A stretch of DNA of 64,000 nucleotides from Candidatus Latescibacterota bacterium (GTDB lineage Bacteria; Latescibacterota; UBA2968): NCBI GenBank assembly GCA_965205975.1, contig OZ242195.1, positions 1,600,001-1,664,000 on the forward strand. The letters run 5' to 3'. The notes beneath the pieces are model-generated. The model saw nothing but the letters and a program-made list of their open reading frames with translations. It did not search any database and had not been told where the DNA came from. The position numbers and the translations under genes were made by a program. Within the stretch, counting starts at the first letter, position 1; each line of letters starts with the position of its first letter. Below, in pieces: positions 58,722-64,000 of this stretch.

Positions 58722-58956
58722 GCGAATAAAACCCCAATTCAATTGGTCCCTGTACAACTTCCTGAACAGAGAAGTAAGAATCCTGCTTATACAACGCCTG
58801 TCCAGCTACATAAGCATCGCGGGCAGTGTCGAAGAACGCTACAATTTCACCATCGCGCATCAAGGCAAATTTGCCTCCGTGGCTCTGCATCAACTCGGGC
58901 AACCGCTTCACAAAAGCATTGTAATTGCGATCCACCTGGTCTTGTTGTTTGGACAT
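58696..58956 (-). CDS. Small protein (DUF5678-like) paired with the aspartyl protease
   Basis: RBS AGGAGG; NYNAFVKRLPELMQSHGGKFALMRDGEIVAFFDT...AY...FSVQEV. Confidence 0.7.
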   Translation of the reverse strand: MSKQQDQVDRNYNAFVKRLPELMQSHGGKFALMRDGEIVAFFDTARDAYVAGQALYKQDSYFSVQEVVQGPIELGFYSHAVFHRGI

Positions 58957-59103
58957 AATAGCCTCCTTCTTTTTTCAATAATACAAACAAATTGAAGGGA
59001 TGTATAGCACTTTTATACCCTCCGTGACTTTATCCTTGCACTTTCCCCTCGCGTTGAGCAGATTAAATATCTGGATAGAACAACCATACAGTATGGAATA
59101 CAC

Positions 59104-60876
59104 ATGTCAAATTCACTACTCCATCGCTACCTGCCTTTTCTCAACTGGATTGGAGAACTCAAAGATCGGCACATCCTGCGCGCCGATATTATTGCGGGCA
59201 TCACCCTCTCGCTGGTATTGATCCCACAGGCCATGGCCAATGCCCAACTGGCTGAGATGCCCCCCTACTACGGCTTCTATGCGTCATTTGTCCCCATCAT
59301 CGTCAGTGCCCTCTTCGGATCCTCTCGCCAACTCTCCACAGGACCCGTCGCGCTCGTCGCCTTGATGGTCGCTTCTGAATTGGGACAACTCGCAGTTGAT
59401 GAACAGGCGTATATCGCCTATGCCATTCTGCTGGCTCTCATGGTTGGCCTCTTGCAATTCGGACTGGGTGTATTGCGCCTGGGCGTATTGGTGAACTTTC
59501 TCTCCCATCCGGTGGTACTCGGCTTTACCAATGCCGCAGCCATCATCATCGGCACATCGCAAATCGACAAATTATTCGGCGTCACCGTAGAACGCGGCGG
59601 CGCACATTACGAACGCATGATACGCATGTGGGACGTGATCTCTGCTGGCTTTCACACCCCCACCCTGATCATGGGCCTCTCTGCCATCGCATTATTATTT
59701 ATTTTGCGCCGCATCAACCCGCAAATTCCGGGTGTGCTAATTGTCGCCATCACAACAACAAGCGTTTCGTGGCTCATCGGATTTGAACAAAATTACGGCG
59801 GACAGGTCGTGGGCAACATCCCCGAGGGCATCCCCGCATTTGCACTGCCAATAATTGATTGGGGTATCGTACCACACATTATCAGCGCCACCATAACCAT
59901 CGCACTCATTGGATATCTGGAAACCATTTCAATTGCCAAAGCCATTGCCACGCAGACCCGTCAACGCATTGACGCCAATCAGGAATTGCTCGCACAGGGC
60001 TTGAGCAATATCGCCGGTAGTTTTTTTCAGAGCTTTCCCGTCTCCGGCTCTTTTGTCCGTTCAACCGTTACATTGCGCGCTGGCGGACAAACCGGCTTTG
60101 CATCCGTCATTGCGGGGCTGGTGGTCATCCTGCTACTCCTTTTCTTTACCCAACTCTTATACCACATGCCCCTATCCACCCTGGCGGCAATTGTCATCGT
60201 CTCTGTCACCGCGCTGATTAACGTCAAACCCATTGTAAGCGCGTGGAAAGTACACAAACACGATGGCATTGTCGCCATATCGTCATTTGCGCTCACCCTC
60301 ATCTTCGCGCCACACCTGGACCAGGGCATATTAATCGGCGCATCCTTATCAATCGCCCTCTATCTCTATCGCACGATGAAACCGCGCGTGGCCTTCCTCG
60401 CCCGCCACCCCGATGGCGCGTTTCGAGACGCAGTAGAACACGATCTGGAATTGTGCGATGCAATTGCCACCATCCGATTTGATGGCTCATTGTATTTTGG
60501 CAGCGCAGGAGCTTTTGAAGACACGGTATTGGAACGGATTCGCGATCCCAAATTGCGCTATGTGATTGTCGATGCAGAAGGGGTGAATGAGATTGATGCG
60601 ACTGGAAAAGAAATGCTGGTCGGCGTGGTGCAGCGGCTACATGAGGCTGGCATTGAGGTACTATTTACACGGACCAAAAAACAGATCATGGACGCACTCA
60701 ATCGCGCAGGCGTACTCGAAGAAATTGGTCCTGACCGATTTCACGCTACTCTTGACCGCGCAGTGGCTCATGTTTGGGAGGCCCTGGAAGATCAGTATCC
60801 CTGTACCAGATCGTGTCCCGCCGAGTGTCCACTCCACCGCCCCAGACCAAATGGGGACGTATTTTATCGCGTGTAG
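59104..60876 (+). CDS. SulP family anion transporter with STAS domain
   Basis: ADIIAGIT...IPQAMA, LFGSSRQLSTGP, DANQELLAQG, STAS RFDGSLYFGS...VNEIDATG. Confidence 0.94.
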   Translation: MSNSLLHRYLPFLNWIGELKDRHILRADIIAGITLSLVLIPQAMANAQLAEMPPYYGFYASFVPIIVSALFGSSRQLSTGPVALVALMVASELGQLAVDEQAYIAYAILLALMVGLLQFGLGVLRLGVLVNFLSHPVVLGFTNAAAIIIGTSQIDKLFGVTVERGGAHYERMIRMWDVISAGFHTPTLIMGLSAIALLFILRRINPQIPGVLIVAITTTSVSWLIGFEQNYGGQVVGNIPEGIPAFALPIIDWGIVPHIISATITIALIGYLETISIAKAIATQTRQRIDANQELLAQGLSNIAGSFFQSFPVSGSFVRSTVTLRAGGQTGFASVIAGLVVILLLLFFTQLLYHMPLSTLAAIVIVSVTALINVKPIVSAWKVHKHDGIVAISSFALTLIFAPHLDQGILIGASLSIALYLYRTMKPRVAFLARHPDGAFRDAVEHDLELCDAIATIRFDGSLYFGSAGAFEDTVLERIRDPKLRYVIVDAEGVNEIDATGKEMLVGVVQRLHEAGIEVLFTRTKKQIMDALNRAGVLEEIGPDRFHATLDRAVAHVWEALEDQYPCTRSCPAECPLHRPRPNGDVFYRV

Positions 60877-61177
60877 AAAATCCGATCCTTTTGAGTGTAC
60901 AAACCATAAAAATTTTAACACTTTATTATAGTTTCATGGGAACAAAAATAATCTGTCGCTTATCTAAAATATTGTAATTGTAAATGAGACTAACTGCTGT
61001 TCGCTGGTCAATAAATAATAATTATCATAAATTGTATTGATTTTTTAAAAAAATTTGATAACTTACGGCAGTATGGCTTTTGTACCGTAACAGATTGTCT
61101 CCCTTCAATTTCAGACAATCTGATTCAGTTCTAATACGAAACAGCGCAACTGTCCCTTTCACCACAGGAGGAAGTCT

Positions 61178-64000
61178 ATGAGACGGACGAGTCTGTTTTT
61201 ATTTTTATTCATAGCCCTGGCATTCTCAGCCAGTGCTGTTTTTGCCGGATCGACCGGTAAAATTTCGGGCAAGGTCGTGGAGAAATCCACGGGCGAAACC
61301 CTGCCCGGTGCTAATGTCGTCATCGAAGGCACCACATTGGGCGCAGTAACAGATTCCGATGGCAATTATTTCATCATCAATGTGCCGCCAGGTACTTATA
61401 CCGTCAGCGCGAGTATGGTCGGTTATCACAAAACAACACAGATCAATGTGCGGGTCTTTATCGACCTGACCACGACGATGAATTTCTCCGGTGACTTCGG
61501 CCTCGTCGAAGAGACCATTGAACTGGCAGAGATCACAGTGGTTGCCGAACTCCCGGTGGTGCAACCCGATATTTCCGCCAATGTCGCCAATATCTCCGCA
61601 CAAGATGTCGAAACCCTGCCAGTGACCAGCGTGAACGAAGTCGTGCGATTAGAGGCAGGGGTTCTCTCCTCTGCCAATGGCGAACTGTCGATTCGAGGCA
61701 GTGCTTTTAATGAGATCGCCTTTTCGGTCGATGGTATGTCCATGCGCGATGGGCGCAATAACGAACCGTATTCAACGGTGAGTTATACCTCAATCAAAGA
61801 AATGAGCGTGCAGTCGGGTGGGTTTAACGCCGAATATGGCAACGTGCGCTCGGGCCTGGTCAATATCGTGACCAAAGAAGGCGACAGGCGGCGCTACAAC
61901 GGCGATGTGTTGTTGCGACACAGCGGCGCACAGCGCGATTATTTTGGCCCGTTGCCGAACCACTCCAATGGCTTTTTTTGGCGGCCATTTACAGATCCCG
62001 CTGTGAAGAACGTGGGCACCCATTCGCCCGAAAGCCCCTGGGATGTGTACACGCGGCGTCAATATCGCGTCTGGACCGGGTGGAATACCATTGTACAAAG
62101 ATGGGCTGCCACCCCTACTGATCCGTATCACGGCGTGGGTGTGAGAGACACGGGTGCAGATGAATCGACTCTACCAGCCAGTGAACTGCAAGTTGATGAC
62201 GCAGTGATTGCGGAATTGTTCGAGTGGTATCGCCGCAAAGACCTGGAAGTTCGCAATGCGGATTTCGATATCGACCTGGGTTTTGGCGGTCCGTTGATTC
62301 CGGGATTGAGCGAAAAACTGGGCGGTCTGAGGTTTTTTGCTTCGGGCAAGCGGGAGCGCAGGGCCTATATGATGCCTCGCGTGATTGATGAATATGAGAA
62401 CGACTGGGGCCGTGTAAAGCTCACGTCGGATATTCGCAACAGCATGAAATTGAGTGTCGAGGCGATGTCGGGTGAAGAATTTGGTTTGAATCCAAACAAG
62501 AGTGGTTTTCCCAACATGTGGCGCGGCAATCAGGAAATGGGGCTTAATGGACTCGCTGCTATTTGGGGAAATCACAACGATAACACACTTTCGATCAAGC
62601 GCAATAATATTGGTCTGAGTTTTTCACATGTGTTGAGTCCCCAGACATTTTACGAGTTTCGCTTTCAGAGGATGCAATCGGACTTTTTGACCGAAAAGTA
62701 TCCAGACCGAGATTTGACGGCTGTTGAAAAGACTATTCCCCGCAATCCGGACTTCGCGCCTCCCAGTCCGTCTTTACAGGTTTCAGAGGTCACGCAGAAC
62801 CACATCGGGTTGACTGCTGCCCCTGATGAATATTTTATGAAAAATGAAGTCTTTGTTGACGGCCTGTATTTTGGGGGGCACTGGGCCAATGGACGCGATA
62901 ATTCTGAAGTCGTAGCCTATACGACGCGCTTTGACATTACCAGCCAGCGCAATCAGGTCGCGCAGTTTAAGGCGGGTTTTGAATGGATCGCCAGTGATTA
63001 CGATGTCAATCACGAAAATGCACAGCCTTTCTTCAAAAACAATGCGGCACCCAAATACATCTGGCAACGCGATCCGAACCAGTTTGCCGGATACGTGCAG
63101 ACCAAGCTCGAATTCAATGCGATGATCGCAAACCTGGGGGTGCGTTGGGATCGCTGGAATGGGAGTGGCGAATGGTGGGTTTATGAGGATTTCTCCGGTG
63201 CGTTTGGGCCTAAAATTGGCAAAGACAATCTCGAGGAAGCACTCGACCAGGCGCCTGTTAAGACCCTGTCTTATTTAAGCCCGCGCCTGGGTATTTCGTT
63301 CCCGGTAACAGCAGATAGCAAATTGTTTTTTAACTACGGGCACTTCCGCCAGATGCTGAACCCGCACAATCTCTTTCTCGTAGATGAAATAAATACGGGC
63401 GCAGTCTCGCGGATTGGCAACCCCAATCACCCCATGCCGCGCACGATCAATTACGAACTCGGCTTTGAGCAGAATTTGTTCGACCGGTATTTGCTGCGCC
63501 TGACCGGATATTACAAAGCCAACAACGACCAGTCAATTGGTGTGCGCTACACCAATCTGGACCAAACCGTATCTTACAACCTTTTTGAACCCCTCAACTA
63601 CGACGATATCCGGGGCTTTGAAATAACCATTAGAAAGCGCAGGGGCAAGTGGTTTAGCGGATCAGTCAACTATACGTATCTGCAAACTAAGGACGGCAAT
63701 TTTGGTCGGCGCCAGATGTACGAGAACCGCTTAGAGCAAGCCACTTATGACGCGACCTCAACACAGCACTATCAAAGCCGACCCGCCAGCAGACCCTTCG
63801 CCAGATTGTCGCTGGAATTTTACACGCCGCGCGACTTTGGGCCCCAGGTCTCAGGGTTTTATCCCCTGAGTAAATGGGATATGTCTTTCGTGGGCAACTG
63901 GCGAACGGGTCAGTACAGCAACTGGTATGGGCCAGAAGGTGGAGATATCCCCGGTTTGATCAGAAATGTCCAGTACAAGAGTATCAGGAATATGGACCTG
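61178..64000 (+). CDS. TonB-dependent receptor (truncated by window end)
   Basis: Absent from the ORF track. RBS AGGAGG, ATG 61178; MRRTSLFLFLFIALAFSASAVFAGSTGKISGKV...LPGANVVIEGTTLGAVTDSDGNYFIINVPPGTY; plug motifs IRG...VDG, SGGFNAEYGNVRSGLVNIVTKEG; later SPRLGISFP. Confidence 0.92.
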   Translation, partial: MRRTSLFLFLFIALAFSASAVFAGSTGKISGKVVEKSTGETLPGANVVIEGTTLGAVTDSDGNYFIINVPPGTYTVSASMVGYHKTTQINVRVFIDLTTTMNFSGDFGLVEETIELAEITVVAELPVVQPDISANVANISAQDVETLPVTSVNEVVRLEAGVLSSANGELSIRGSAFNEIAFSVDGMSMRDGRNNEPYSTVSYTSIKEMSVQSGGFNAEYGNVRSGLVNIVTKEGDRRRYNGDVLLRHSGAQRDYFGPLPNHSNGFFWRPFTDPAVKNVGTHSPESPWDVYTRRQYRVWTGWNTIVQRWAATPTDPYHGVGVRDTGADESTLPASELQVDDAVIAELFEWYRRKDLEVRNADFDIDLGFGGPLIPGLSEKLGGLRFFASGKRERRAYMMPRVIDEYENDWGRVKLTSDIRNSMKLSVEAMSGEEFGLNPNKSGFPNMWRGNQEMGLNGLAAIWGNHNDNTLSIKRNNIGLSFSHVLSPQTFYEFRFQRMQSDFLTEKYPDRDLTAVEKTIPRNPDFAPPSPSLQVSEVTQNHIGLTAAPDEYFMKNEVFVDGLYFGGHWANGRDNSEVVAYTTRFDITSQRNQVAQFKAGFEWIASDYDVNHENAQPFFKNNAAPKYIWQRDPNQFAGYVQTKLEFNAMIANLGVRWDRWNGSGEWWVYEDFSGAFGPKIGKDNLEEALDQAPVKTLSYLSPRLGISFPVTADSKLFFNYGHFRQMLNPHNLFLVDEINTGAVSRIGNPNHPMPRTINYELGFEQNLFDRYLLRLTGYYKANNDQSIGVRYTNLDQTVSYNLFEPLNYDDIRGFEITIRKRRGKWFSGSVNYTYLQTKDGNFGRRQMYENRLEQATYDATSTQHYQSRPASRPFARLSLEFYTPRDFGPQVSGFYPLSKWDMSFVGNWRTGQYSNWYGPEGGDIPGLIRNVQYKSIRNMDL

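Noticed and set aside
60877..61177. Riboswitch or operator in the AT-rich leader of the TonB receptor
   Set aside because: No cobalamin/TPP core motifs recognised and only weak palindromes; probably regulatory, but no specific call is supportable.

Overview
Bacterial chromosomal window of about 50% GC (by eye). The SprA translocon, YPNPFNP-type C-terminal sorting domains (CTDs), sulfatase, TonB receptor and cohesin-like proteins suggest an FCB-superphylum organism such as a Latescibacterota/Gemmatimonadota-like host-associated lineage; this is inference only. Left part (1-24.9 kb, all minus strand): an accessory locus. Two paralogous beta-propeller + YYY + sigma54 AAA+ activators (554-3745 and 20505-23702) flank a ~16.4 kb GC-rich cassette of three giant mosaic surface proteins built from shared modules. 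Two of them end in a near-identical T9SS-type CTD. The third ends in an autotransporter-like barrel followed by an orphan, in-frame copy of the last 25 CTD codons. A consensus sigma54 promoter, a candidate IHF site and three palindromic candidate enhancer sites lie directly upstream of the cassette. A second consensus sigma54 promoter, abutting an IS256-like remnant, lies upstream of the outer activator operon. Right part (25-64 kb): mostly housekeeping and metabolic genes. These include catabolic enzymes, an internally deleted amidohydrolase, HU/IHF, a 30-aa bS22-like ribosomal protein, a candidate 6S-like RNA, tRNA-Arg(CCG), an sprA-comEA-pilM-like-NYN-obgE run, lptF/lptG, sulfatase, UPF0182, a DUF433/DUF5615 TA pair, an AGCS symporter, a small protein + retropepsin pair, SulP and a TonB-dependent receptor cut by the window end. 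No CRISPR array, rRNA or reverse transcriptase was seen. All family calls come from motif recognition by eye, not database searches.
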